Source of the DNA: Haplodiscus bocki
Taxonomy: Eukaryota
Length of the DNA: 64,000 bases
Assembly: GCA_965655095.1 (NCBI GenBank)
Contig: OZ296648.1
Location: 172,732,001 to 172,796,000 of the forward strand
Direction: 5' to 3'
Shown here: positions 1 to 12,890 of the stretch, piece after piece
Numbering within the stretch: position 1 is the stretch's first letter
Layout: every line of letters begins with the position of its first letter
Notes under the pieces: model-generated
What the model was told of the DNA's origin: nothing
Seen by the model: only the letters and a program-made list of their open reading frames with translations
The model's database searches: none
Position numbers and translations under genes: made by a program

Positions 1-3000
1 TGCTTTCGCATTGTGGCATCATATGGAACCTATGTTTTTTCCATTATGGCATTCTATGAAACTCCTGCTTTCGCATTGTGGCATCATATGGAACCTATGC
101 GTTTTTCCATTGTGGCATTCTATGAAACTCTTGCTTTCGCATTGTGGCATCATATGGAACCTATGTTTTTCCAATTATGGCATTCTATGAAACTCCTGCC
201 TTCGCATTGTGGCATCATATGGAACCTATGTTTTTTCCATTATGGCATTCTATGAAACTCCTGCTTTCGCATTGTGGCATCATATGGAACCTATGATTTT
301 TCCATTATGGCATTCTATGAAACTCCTGCTTTCGCATTGTGGCCTCATATGGAACCTACGTTTTTTCCATTATGGAATTCTATGAAACTCCTGCTTTCGC
401 ATTGTGGCATCAAAAGGAACCTATGTTTTTTCCATTATGGCATTCTATGAAACTCCTGCTTTCGCATTGTGCAATCATATGGAACCTATGTTTTTTCCAT
501 TGTGGCATTCTTTGAAACTCCTGCTTTCGCATTGTGGCATCATATGGAACCTATGATTTTTCCATTATGGCATTCTATGAAACTCCTGCTTTCGCATTGT
601 GGCATCATATGGAACCTATGTGTTTTTCCATTGTGGCATTCTATGAAACTCTTGCTTTCGCATTGTGGCATCATATGGAACCTATGTTTTTTCCATTATG
701 GCATTCTATGAATCTCCTGCCTTCGCATTGTGGCATCATATGGAACCTACATTTTTTCCATTATGGAATTCTTTGAAACTCCTGCTTTCGCATTGTGGCA
801 TCAAATGGAACCTATGCTTTTTCCATTATGGCATTCTATGAAACTCCTGCTTTCGCATGGTGCAATCATATGGAACCTATGTTTCTTCCATTATGGCATT
901 TCAGAAACTCCTGCTTTCGCATTGTGGCATCATATGGAACCTACGTTTTTTCCATTATGGCATTCTATGAAACTCCTGCTTTCGGATTGTGGCATCATAT
1001 GGAACCGATGTGTTTTCCATTATGGCATTCTATGAAACTCCTACTTTCGCATTGTGGCATCATATGGAACCTACGTTTTTTTCCATTATGGCATTCTATG
1101 AAACTCCTGCTTTCGCATTGTGGCATCTTATGGAACCTACGTTTTTTCCATTATGGCATTCTATGAAACTCCTGCTTTCGCATTGTGGCATCATATGGAA
1201 CCTATGCGTTTTTCCATTGTGGCATTCTATGAAACTCTTGCTTTCGCATTGTGGCATCATATGGAACCTATGTTTTTCCAATTATGGCATTCTATGAAAC
1301 TCCTGCCTTCGCATTGTGGCATCATTTGGAACCTATATGTTTTTCCATTGTGGCATTCTAGGAAACTCTTACTTTCGCATTATGGCTTCATATGGAACCT
1401 ATGTGTTTTTCCGTTGTTGCACTCTATGAAAATCTTGCTTTCGCATTGTGGCATCAAATGGAACCTATGTTTTTCCAATTATGGCATTCTTTGAAACTCC
1501 TGCTTTCGCATTGTGGCATCATATGGAACCTATGATTTTTCCATTATGGCATTCTATGAAACTCCTGCTTTCGCATTGTGGCATCATATGGAACCTATGT
1601 GTTTTTCCATTGTGGCATTCTATGAAACTCTTGCTTTCGAATTGTGGCATCATATGGAACCTATGTTTTTTCCATTATGGCATTCTATGAAACTCCTGCC
1701 TTCGCATTGTGGCATCAAATGGAACCTACATTTTTTCCATTATGGGATTCTTTGAAACTCCTGCTTTCGCATTGTGGCATCAAATGGAACCTATGCTTTT
1801 TCCATTATGGCATTCTATGAAACTCCTGCTTTCGCATTGTGCAATCATATGGAACCTATGTTTCTTCCATTATGGCATTTCAGAAACTCCTGCTTTCGCA
1901 TTGTGGCATCATATGGAACCTACGTTTTTTCCATTGTGGCATTCTAGGAAACTCTTACTTTCGCATTGTGGCATCATATGGAACCTACGTTTTTTCCAAT
2001 ATGGCATTCTATGAAACTCCTGCTTTCGCATTGTGGCATCATATGGAACCTACGTTTTTTTCCATTATGGCATTCTATGAAACTCCTGCTTTCGCATTGT
2101 GGCATCTTATGGAACCTACGTTTTTTCCATTATGGCATTCTATGAAACTCCTGCTTTCGCATTGTGGCATCATATGGAACCTATGCGTTTTTCCATTATG
2201 GCATTCTATGAAACTCCTGCTTTCGCATTGTGGCATCATATGGAACCTATGTTTTTCCAATTATGGTATTCTATGAAACTCCTGCTTTCGCATTGTGGCA
2301 TCATATGGAACCTATGTTTTTTCCATTATGGCATTCTATGAAACTCCTGCTTTCGCATTGTGGCATCATATGGAACCTATGTTCTTTCCATTATGGCATT
2401 CTATGAAACTCCTGCTTTCGCATTGTGCAATCATATGGAACCTATGTTTCTTCCATTAAGGCATTCTATGAAACTCTTGCTTTCGCATTGTGGCATCATA
2501 TGGAACCTATGTTTTTTCCATTATGGCATTCTATGAAACTCCTGCCTTCGCATTGTGGCATCATATGGAACCTACGTTTTTTCCATTATTGAATTCTTTG
2601 AAACTCCTGCTTTCGCATTGTGGCATCAAATGGAACCTATGTTTTTTCCATTATGGCATTCTATGAAACTCCTGCTTCCGCATTGTGCAATCATATGGAA
2701 CCTATGTTTCTTCCATTATGGCATTTCAGAAACTCCTGCTTTCGCATTGTGGCATCATATGGAACCTACGTTTTTTCCATTTTGGCATTCTATGAAACTC
2801 CTGCTTTCGGATTGTGGCATCATAAGGAACCTAAGTTTTTCCATTATGGCATTCTATGAAACTCCTGCTTTCGCAATGTGGCATCATATGGAACCTACGT
2901 TTTTTCCATTATGGCATTCTATGAAACACCTGCTTTGGCATTGTGGCATCATATGGAACCTAGGTTTTTTCCATTATGGCATTCTATGAAACTCCTGCTT

Positions 3001-6000
3001 TCGCATTGTGGCATCATATGGAACCTACGTTTTTTCCATTATGGCATTCTATGAAACTCTTGCTTTCGCATTGTGGCATCATATGGAACCTATGTTTTTT
3101 CCATTATGGCATTCTATGAAACTCCTGCCTTCGCATTGTGGCATCATATGGAACCTACGTTTTTTCCATTATTGAATTCTTTGAAACTCCTGCTTTCGCA
3201 TTGTGGCATCAAATGGAACCTATGTTTTTTCCATTATGGCATTCTATGAAACTCCTGCTTCCGCATTGTGCAATCATATGGAACCTATGTTTCTTCCATT
3301 ATGGCATTTCAGAAACTCCTGCTTTCGCATTGTGGCATCATATGGAACCTACGTTTTTTCCATTTTGGCATTCTATGAAACTCCTGCTTTCGGATTGTGG
3401 CATCATAAGGAACCTAAGTTTTTCCATTATGGCATTCTATGAAACTCCTGCTTTCGCAATGTGGCATCATATGGAACCTACGTTTTTTCCATTATGGCAT
3501 TCTATGAAACACCTGCTTTGGCATTGTGGCATCATATGGAACCTAGGTTTTTTCCATTATGGCATTCTATGAAACTCCTGCTTTCGCATTGTGGCATCAT
3601 ATGGAACCTATGTTTTTCCATTATGGCATTTTATGAAACTCCTGCTTTCGCATTGTGGCATCATATGGAACCTACGTTTTTTCCATTATGGCATTCTATG
3701 AAACTCCTGCTTTCGCATTGTGGCATCATATGGAACCTATGTTTTTTCCATTATGGCATTCTATGAAACTCCTGCTTTCGCATTGTGGCATCATATGGAA
3801 CCTATGTTTTTCCAATTATGGCATTCTATGAAACTCCTGCTTTCGCATTGTGGCATCATATGGAACCTATGTTTTTTCCATTATGGCATTCTATGAAACT
3901 CCTGCTTTCGCATTGTGGCATCATATGGAACCTATGTTTTTTCCATTATGGCATTCTATGAAACTCCTGCCTTCGCATTGTGGCATCATATGGAACCTAC
4001 ATTTTTTCCATTATGGAATTCTTTGAAACTCCTGCTTTCGCATTGTGGCATCAAATGGAACCTATGCCTTTTCCATTATGGCATTCTATGAAACTCCTGC
4101 TTTCGCTTTGTGCAATCATATGGAACCTATGTTTCTTCCATTATGGCATATCAGAAACTCCTGCTTTCGCATTGTGGCATCATATGGAACCTACGTTTTT
4201 TCCATTATGGCATTCTATGAAACTCCTGCTTTCGGATTGTGGCATCATATGGAACCTATGTGTTTTCCATTATGGCATTCTATGAAACTCCTACTTTCGC
4301 ATTGTGGCATCATATGGAACCTACGTTTTTTCCATTATGGCATTCTATGAAACTCCTGCTTTCGCATTGTGGCATCTTATGGAACCTACGTTTTTTCCAA
4401 TATGGCATTCTATGAAACTCCTGCTTTCGCATTGTGGCATCATATGGAACCTATGTTTTTCCATTATGGCATTCTATGAAACTCCTGCTTTCGCATTGTG
4501 GCATCATATGGAACCTACGTTTTTTCCATTAGGGCATTCTACGAAACTCGATGCTTTCGCATTGTGGCATCATATGGAACCTATATGTTTTTCCATTGTG
4601 GCATTCTAGGAAACTCTTACTTTCGCATTGTGGCTTCATATGGAACCTATGTGTTTTTCCGTTGTTGCACTCTATGAAAACCTTGCTTTCGCATTGTGGC
4701 ATCAAATGGAACCTATGTTTTTCCAATTATGGCATTCTTTGAAACTCCTGCTTTCGCATTGTGGCATCATATGGAACCTATGTTTTTTCCATTATGGCAT
4801 TCTATGAAACTCCTGCCTTCGCATTGTGGCATCATATGGAACCTACGTTTTTTCCATTATGGAATTCTTTGAAACTCCTGCTTTCGCATTGTGGCATCAA
4901 ATGGAACCTATGTTTTTTCCATTATGGCATTCTATGAAACTCCTACATTCGGATTGTGGCATCATATGGAACCTATGTGTTTTCCATTATGGCATTCTAT
5001 GAAACTCCTACTTTCGCATTGTGGCATCATATGGAACCTACGTTTTTTCCATTATGGCATTCTATGAAACTCCTGCTTTCGCATTGTGGCATCTTATGGA
5101 ACCTACATTTTTTCCAATATGGCATTCTATGAAACTCCTGCTTTCGCATTGTGGCATCATATGGAACCTATGTTTTTCCATTATGGCATTCTATGAAACT
5201 CCTGCTTTCGGATTGTGCCATCATATGGAACCTATGTGTTTTCCATTATGGCATTCTATGAAACTCCTACTTTCGCATTGTGGCATCATATGGAACCTAC
5301 GTTTTTTCCATTATGGCATTCTATGAAACTCCTGCTTTCGCATTGTGGCATCTTATGGAACCTACGTTTTTTCCAATATGGCATTCTATGAAACTCCTGC
5401 TTTCGCATTGTGGCATCATATGGAACCTATGTTTTTCCATTATGGCATTCTATGAAACTCCTGCTTTCGCATTGTGGCATCATATGGAACCTACGTTTTT
5501 TCCATTAAGGCATTCTACGAATCTCGATGCTTTCGCATTGTGGCATCATATGGAACCTATATGTTTTTCCATTGTGGCATTCTAGGAAACTCTTACTTTC
5601 GCATTGTGGCTTCATATGGAACCTATGTGTTTTTCCGTTGTTGCACTCTATGAAAACCTTGCTTTTGCATTGTGGCATCAAATGGAACCTATGTTTTTCC
5701 AATTATGGCATTCTTTGAAACTCCTGCTTTCGCATTGTGGCATCATATGGAACCTATGTTTTTTCCATTATGGCATTCTATGAAACTCCTGCCTTCGCAT
5801 TGTGGCATCATATGGAACCTACGTTTTTTCCATTATGGAATTCTTTGAAACTCCTGCTTTCGCATTGTGGCATCAAATGGAACCTATGTTTTTTCCATTA
5901 TGGCATTCTATGAAACTCCTGCTTCCGCATTGTGCAATCATATGGAACCTATGTTTCTTCCATTATGGCATTTCAGAAACTCCTGCTTTCGCATTGTGGC

Positions 6001-9000
6001 ATCATATGGAACCTATGTTTTTTCCATTATGGCATTCTATGAAACTCCTGCTTTCGGATTGTGGCATCATAAGGAACCTAAGTTTTTCCATTATGGCATT
6101 CTATGAAACTCCTGCTTTCGCAATGTGGCATCATATGGAACCTACGTTTTTTCCATTATGGCATTCTATGAAACACCTGCTTTGGCATTGTGGCATCATA
6201 TGGAACCTACGTTTTTTCCATTATGGCATTCTATGAAACTCCTGCTTTCGCATTGTGGCATCATATGGAACCTATGTTTTTCCATTATGGCATTTTATGA
6301 AACTCCTGCTTTCGCATTGTGGCATCATATGGAACCTACGTTTTTTCCATTATGGCATTCTACGAAACTCCTGCTTTCGCATTGTGGCATCATATGGAAC
6401 CTATGTTTTTTCCATTATGGCATTCTATGAAACTCCTGCTTTCGCATTGTGGCATCATATGGAACCTATGTTTTTCCAATTATGGCATTCTATGAAACTC
6501 CTGCTTTCGCATTGTGGCATCATATGGAACCTATGTTTTTTCCATTATGGCATTCTATGAAACTCCTGCTTTCGCATTGTGGCATCATATGGAACCTATG
6601 CGTTTTTCCATTGTGGCATTCTATGAAACTCTTGCTTTCGCATTGTGGCATCATATGGAACCTATGTTTTTCCAATTATGGCATTCTATGAAACTCCTGC
6701 CTTCGCATTGTGGCATCATATGGAACCTATGTTTTTTCCATTATGGCATTCTATGAAACTCCTGCTTTCGCATTGTGGCATCATATGGAACCTATGATTT
6801 TTCCATTATGGCATTCTATGAAACTCCTGCTTTCGCATTGTGGCCTCATATGGAACCTACGTTTTTTCCATTATGGAATTCTATGAAACTCCTGCTTTCG
6901 CATTGTGGCATCAAAAGGAACCTATGTTTTTTCCATTATGGCATTCTATGAAACTCCTGCTTTCGCATTGTGCAATCATATGGAACCTATGTTTTTTCCA
7001 TTGTGGCATTCTATGAAACTCCTGCTTTCGCATTGTGGCATCATATGGAACCTATGTTTTTCCAATTATGGCATTCTTTGAAACTCCTGCTTTCGCATTG
7101 TGGCATCATATGGAACCTATGATTTTTCCATTATGGCATTCTATGAAACTCCTGCTTTCGCATTGTGGCATCATATGGAACCTATGTGTTTTTCCATTGT
7201 GGCATTCTATGAAACTCTTGCTTTCGCATTGTGGCATCATATGGAACCTATGTTTTTTCCATTATGGCATTCTATGAATCTCCTGCCTTCGCATTGTGGC
7301 ATCATATGGAACCTACATTTCTTCCATTATGGAATTCTTTGAAACTCCTGCTTTCGCATTGTGGCATCAAATGGAACCTATGCTTTTTCCATTATGGCAT
7401 TCTATGAAACTCCTGCTTTCGCATGGTGCAATCATATGGAACCTATGTTTCTTCCATTATGGCATTTCAGAAACTCCTGCTTTCGCATTGTGGCATCATA
7501 TGGAACCTACGTTTTTTCCATTATGGCATTCTATGAAACTCCTGCTTTCGGATTGTGGCATCATATGGAACCGATGTGTTTTCCATTATGGCATTCTATG
7601 AAACTCCTACTTTCGCATTGTGGCATCATATGGAACCTACGTTTTTTTCCATTATGGCATTCTATGAAACTCCTGCTTTCGCATTGTGGCATCTTATGGA
7701 ACCTACGTTTTTTCCATTATGGCATTCTATGAAACTCCTGCTTTCGCATTGTGGCATCATATGGAACCTATGCGTTTTTCCATTGTGGCATTCTATGAAA
7801 CTCTTGCTTTCGCATTGTGGCATCATATGGAACCTATGTTTTTCCAATTATGGCATTCTATGAAACTCCTGCCTTCGCATTGTGGCATCATTTGGAACCT
7901 ATATGTTTTTCCATTGTGGCATTCTAGGAAACTCTTACTTTCGCATTATGGCTTCATATGGAACCTATGTGTTTTTCCGTTGTTGCACTCTATGAAAATC
8001 TTGCTTTCGCATTGTGGCATCAAATGGAACCTATGTTTTTCCAATTATGGCATTCTTTGAAACTCCTGCTTTCGCATTGTGGCATCATATGGAACCTATG
8101 ATTTTTCCATTATGGCATTCTATGAAACTCCTGCTTTCGCATTGTGGCATCATATGGAACCTATGTGTTTTTCCATTGTGGCATTCTATGAAACTCTTGC
8201 TTTCGAATTGTGGCATCATATGGAACCTATGTTTTTTCCATTATGGCATTCTATGAAACTCCTGCCTTCGCATTGTGGCATCAAATGGAACCTACATTTT
8301 TTCCATTATGGAATTCTTTGAAACTCCTGCTTTCGCATTGTGGCATCAAATGGAACCTATGCTTTTTCCATTATGGCATTCTATGAAACTCCTGCTTTCG
8401 CATTGTGCAATCATATGGAACCTATGTTTCTTCCATTATGGCATTTCAGAAACTCCTGCTTTCGCATTGTGGCATCATATGGAACCTACGTTTTTTCCAT
8501 TGTGGCATTCTAGGAAACTCTTACTTTCGCATTGTGGCATCATATGGAACCTACGTTTTTTCCAATATGGCATTCTATGAAACTCCTGCTTTCGCATTGT
8601 GGCATCATATGGAACCTATGTTTTTCCATTATGGCATTCTATGAAACTCCTGCTTTCGCATTGTGGCATCATATGGAACCTACGTTTTTTCCATTAAGGC
8701 ATTCTATGAAACTCGTTGCTTTCGCATTGTGGCATCATATGGAACCTATATGTTTTTCCATTGTGGCATTCTAGGAAACTCTTACTCTCGCATTGTGGCA
8801 TCATATGGAACCTATGTGTTTTTCCATTGTTGCACTCTATGAAAATCTTGCTTTCGCATTGTGGCATCAAATGGAACCTATATGTTTTTCCATTGTGGCA
8901 TTCTATGAAACTCCTGCTTTCGCATTGTGGCATCAAATGGAACGTATGTTTTTTCCATTATGGCTTTCTATGAAACTACTGCTTTCGCATTGTGGCATCA

Positions 9001-12000
9001 TATGGAACCTATGTGTTTTTCCATTGTGGCATTTTATGAAAATCTTGCTTTCGCATTTTGGCATCTTATGGAACCTATGTTTTTCCAATTATGGCATTCT
9101 ATGAAACTCCTGCTTTCGCATTGTGGCATCATATGGAACATATGTTTTTTCCATTATGGCATTCTATGAAACTCCTGCTTTCGCATTGTGGCCTCATATG
9201 GAACCTACGTTTTTTCCATTATGGAATTCTATGAAACTCCTGCTTTCGCATTGTGCCATCAAAAGGAACCTATGTTTTTTCCATTATGGCATTCTATGAA
9301 ACTCCTGCTTTCGCATTGTGCAATCATATGGAACCTATGTTTCTTCCATTAAGGCATTCTTTGAAACTCCTGATTTCGCATTGTGGCATCATATGGAACC
9401 TACGTTTTTTCCATTATGGCATTCTATGAAACTCCTGCTTTCGGAATGTGGCATCATATGGAACCTATGTTTTTTCCATTGTGGCATTCTATGAAACTCC
9501 TGCCTTCGCATTGTGGCATCATATGGAGCCTACATTTTTTCCATTATGGAATTCTTTGAAACTCCTGCTTTCGCATTGTGGCATCAAATGGAACCAATGT
9601 TTTTTCCATTATGGCATTCTATGAAACTCCTGCTTTCGCATTGTGCAATCATATGGAACCTATGTTTCTTCCATTATGGCATTTCAGAAACTCCTGCTTT
9701 CGCATTGTGGCATCATATGGAACCTACGTTTTTTCCATTGTGGCATTCTAGGAAACTCTTACTTTCGCATTGTGGCATCATATGGAACCTACGTTTTTTC
9801 CAATATGGCATTCTATGAAACTCCTGCTTTCGCATTGTGGCATCATATGGAACCTATGTTTTTCCATTATGGCATTCTATGAAACTCCTGCTTTCGCATT
9901 GTGGCATCATATGGAACCTACGTTTTTTCCATTAAGGCATTTTATGAAACTCGTTGCTTTCGCATTGTGGCATCATATGGAACCTATATGTTTTTCCATT
10001 GTGGCATTCTAGGAAACTCTTACTTTCGCATTGTGGCATCATATGGAACCTATGTGTTTTTCCATTGTTGCACTCTATGAAAATCTTGCTTTCGCATTGT
10101 GGCATCAAATGGAACCTATATGTTTTTCCATTGTGGCTTTCTTTGAAACTCCTGCTTTCGCATTGTGGCATCAAATGGAACCTATGTTTTTCCCATTATG
10201 GCTTTCTATGAAACTCATGCTTTCGCATTGTGGCATCATATGGAACCTATGTGTTTTTCCATTGTGGCATTTTATGAAAATCTTGCTTTCGCATTGTGGC
10301 ATCTTATGGAACCTATGTTTTTCCAATTATGGCATTCTATGAAACTCCTGCTTTCGCATTGTGGCATCATATGGAACCTATGTTTTTTCCATTATGGCAT
10401 TTTATGAAACTCCTGCTTTCGCATTGTGGCCTCATATGGAACCTACGTTTTTTCCATTATGGAATTCTATGAAACTCCTGCTTTCGCATTGTGCCATCAA
10501 AAGGAACCTATGTTTTTTCCATTATGGCATTCTATGAAACTCCTGCTTTCGGAATGTGGCATCATATGGAACCTATGTTTTTTCCATTGTGGCATTCTAT
10601 GAAACTCCTGCTTTCGCATTGTGGCATCTTATGGAACCTACGTTTTTTCCATTATGGCATTCTATGAAACTCCTGCTTTCGCATTGTGGCATCATATGGA
10701 ACCTATGTTTTTCCATTATGGCATTCTATGAAACTCCTGCTTTCGCATTGTGGCCTCATATGGAATCTACGTTTTTTCCATTATGGAATTCTATGAAACT
10801 CCTGCTTTCGCATTGTGCCATCAAAAGGAACCTATGTTTTTTCCATTATGGCATTCTATGAAACTCCTGCTTTCGCATTGTGCAATCATATGGAACCTAT
10901 GTTTCTTCCATTAAGGCATTCTATGAAACTCCTGATTTCGCATTGTGGCATCATATGGAACCTACGTTTTTTCCATTATGGCATTCTATGAAACTCCTGC
11001 TTTCGGAATGTGGCATCATATGGAACCTATGTTTTTTCCATTGTGGTATTCTATGAAACTCCTGCTTTCGCATTGTGGCATCTTATGGAACCTACGTTTT
11101 TTCCATTATGGCATTCTATGAAACTCCTGCTTTCGCATTGTGGCATCATATGGAACCTATGTTTGTTCCATTATGGCATTCTATGAAACTCCTGCTTTCG
11201 GATTGTGGCATCATATGGAACCTACGTTTTTTCCATTATGGCATTCTTTGAAACTCCTGCTTTCGCATTGTGGCATCATATGGAACCTATGTTTGTTCCA
11301 TTATGGCATTCTATGAAACTCCTGCTTTCGCATTGTGGCATCTTATGGAACCTACGTTTTTTCCATTTTGGCATTCTATGAAAATCCTGCTTTCGCATTG
11401 TGGCATCATATGGAACCTATGTTTTTCCATTATGGCATTCTATGAAGTTCCTGCTTTCGCATTGTGGCATCATATGGAACCTACGTTTTTTCCATTAAGG
11501 CATTCTATGAAACTCGTGCTTTCGCATTGTGGCATCATATGGAACCTATATGTTTTTCCATTGTGGCATTCTAGGAAACTCTTACTTTCGCATTGTGGCA
11601 TCATATGGAACCTATGTGTTTTTCCATTATGGCATTTTATGAAACTCTTGCTTTCGCATTGGGGCATCATATGGAACCTATGTTTTTTCCATTATGGCAT
11701 TCTATGAAACTCCTGCTTTCGGAATGTGGCATCATATGGAACCTATGTTTTTTCCATTGTGGCATTCTATGAAACTCCTGCTTTCGCATTGTGGCATCTT
11801 ATGGAACCTACGTTTTTTCCATTATGGCATTCTATGAAACTCCTGCTTTCGCATTGTGGCATCATATGGAACCTATGTTTTTCCATTATGGCATTCTATG
11901 AAACTCCTGCTTTCGCATTGTGGCCTCATATGGAACCTACGTTTTTTCCATTATGGAACTCTATGAAACTCCTGCTTTCGCATTGTGCCATCAAAAGGAA

Positions 12001-12890
12001 CCTATGTTTTTTCCATTATGGCATTCTATGAAACTCCTGATTTCGCATTGTGGCATCATATGGAACCTACGTTTTTTCCATTATGGCATTCTATGAAACT
12101 CCTGCTTTCGCATTGTGGCATCATATGGAACCTACGTTTTTTCCATTAAGGCATTCTATGAAACTCGTGCTTTCGCATTGTGGCATCATATGGAACCTAT
12201 GTTTGTTCCATTATGGCATTCTATGAAACTCCTGCTTTCGGATTGTGGCATCATATGGAACCTACGTTTTTTCCATTATGGCATTCTTTGAAACTCCTGC
12301 TTTCGCATTGTGGCATCTTATGGAACCTACGTTTTTTCCATTTTGGCATTCTATGAAAATCCTGCTTTCGCATTGTGGCATCATATGGAACCTATGTTTT
12401 TCCATTTTGGCATTCTATGAAGTTCCTGCTTTCGCATTGTGGCATCATATGGAACCTACGTTTTTTCCATTAAGGCATTCTATGAAACTCGTGCTTTCGC
12501 ATTGTGGCATCATATGGAACCTATATGTTTTTCCATTGTGGCATTCTAGGAAACTCTTACTTTCGCATTGTGGCATCATATGGAACCTATGTGTTTTTCC
12601 ATTATGGCATTTTATGAAACTCTTGCTTTCGCATTGGGGCATCATATGGAACCTATGTTTTTCCAATTATGGCTTTCTATGAAACCTCTGCTTCCGCATT
12701 GTGGCATCATATGGAACCTATGTTTTTTCCATTATGGCATTCTATGAAACTCCTGCTTTCGCATTGTGGCATCGTATGGAACCTATGTTTTTTCCATTAT
12801 GGCATTCTTTGAAACTCCTGCTTTCGCATTGTGGCATGATATGGAACCTATGTTTTTCTCTTTATGCTTTCCTATGAAACCAATGCTTTC
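1..12890. repeat. 65-bp tandem satellite array (~198 monomers; continues off the left edge)
   Basis: Consensus tgctttcgcattgtggcatcatatggaacctatgttttttccattatggcattctatgaaactcc repeats head-to-tail with point variants and 1-bp indels. The last, strongly degenerate unit is at ~12,830-12,890. Confidence 0.99.

Noticed and set aside
1-12890. CRISPR array
   Set aside because: No unique spacers: both halves of each unit are repeated. No cas genes, and the context is eukaryotic.
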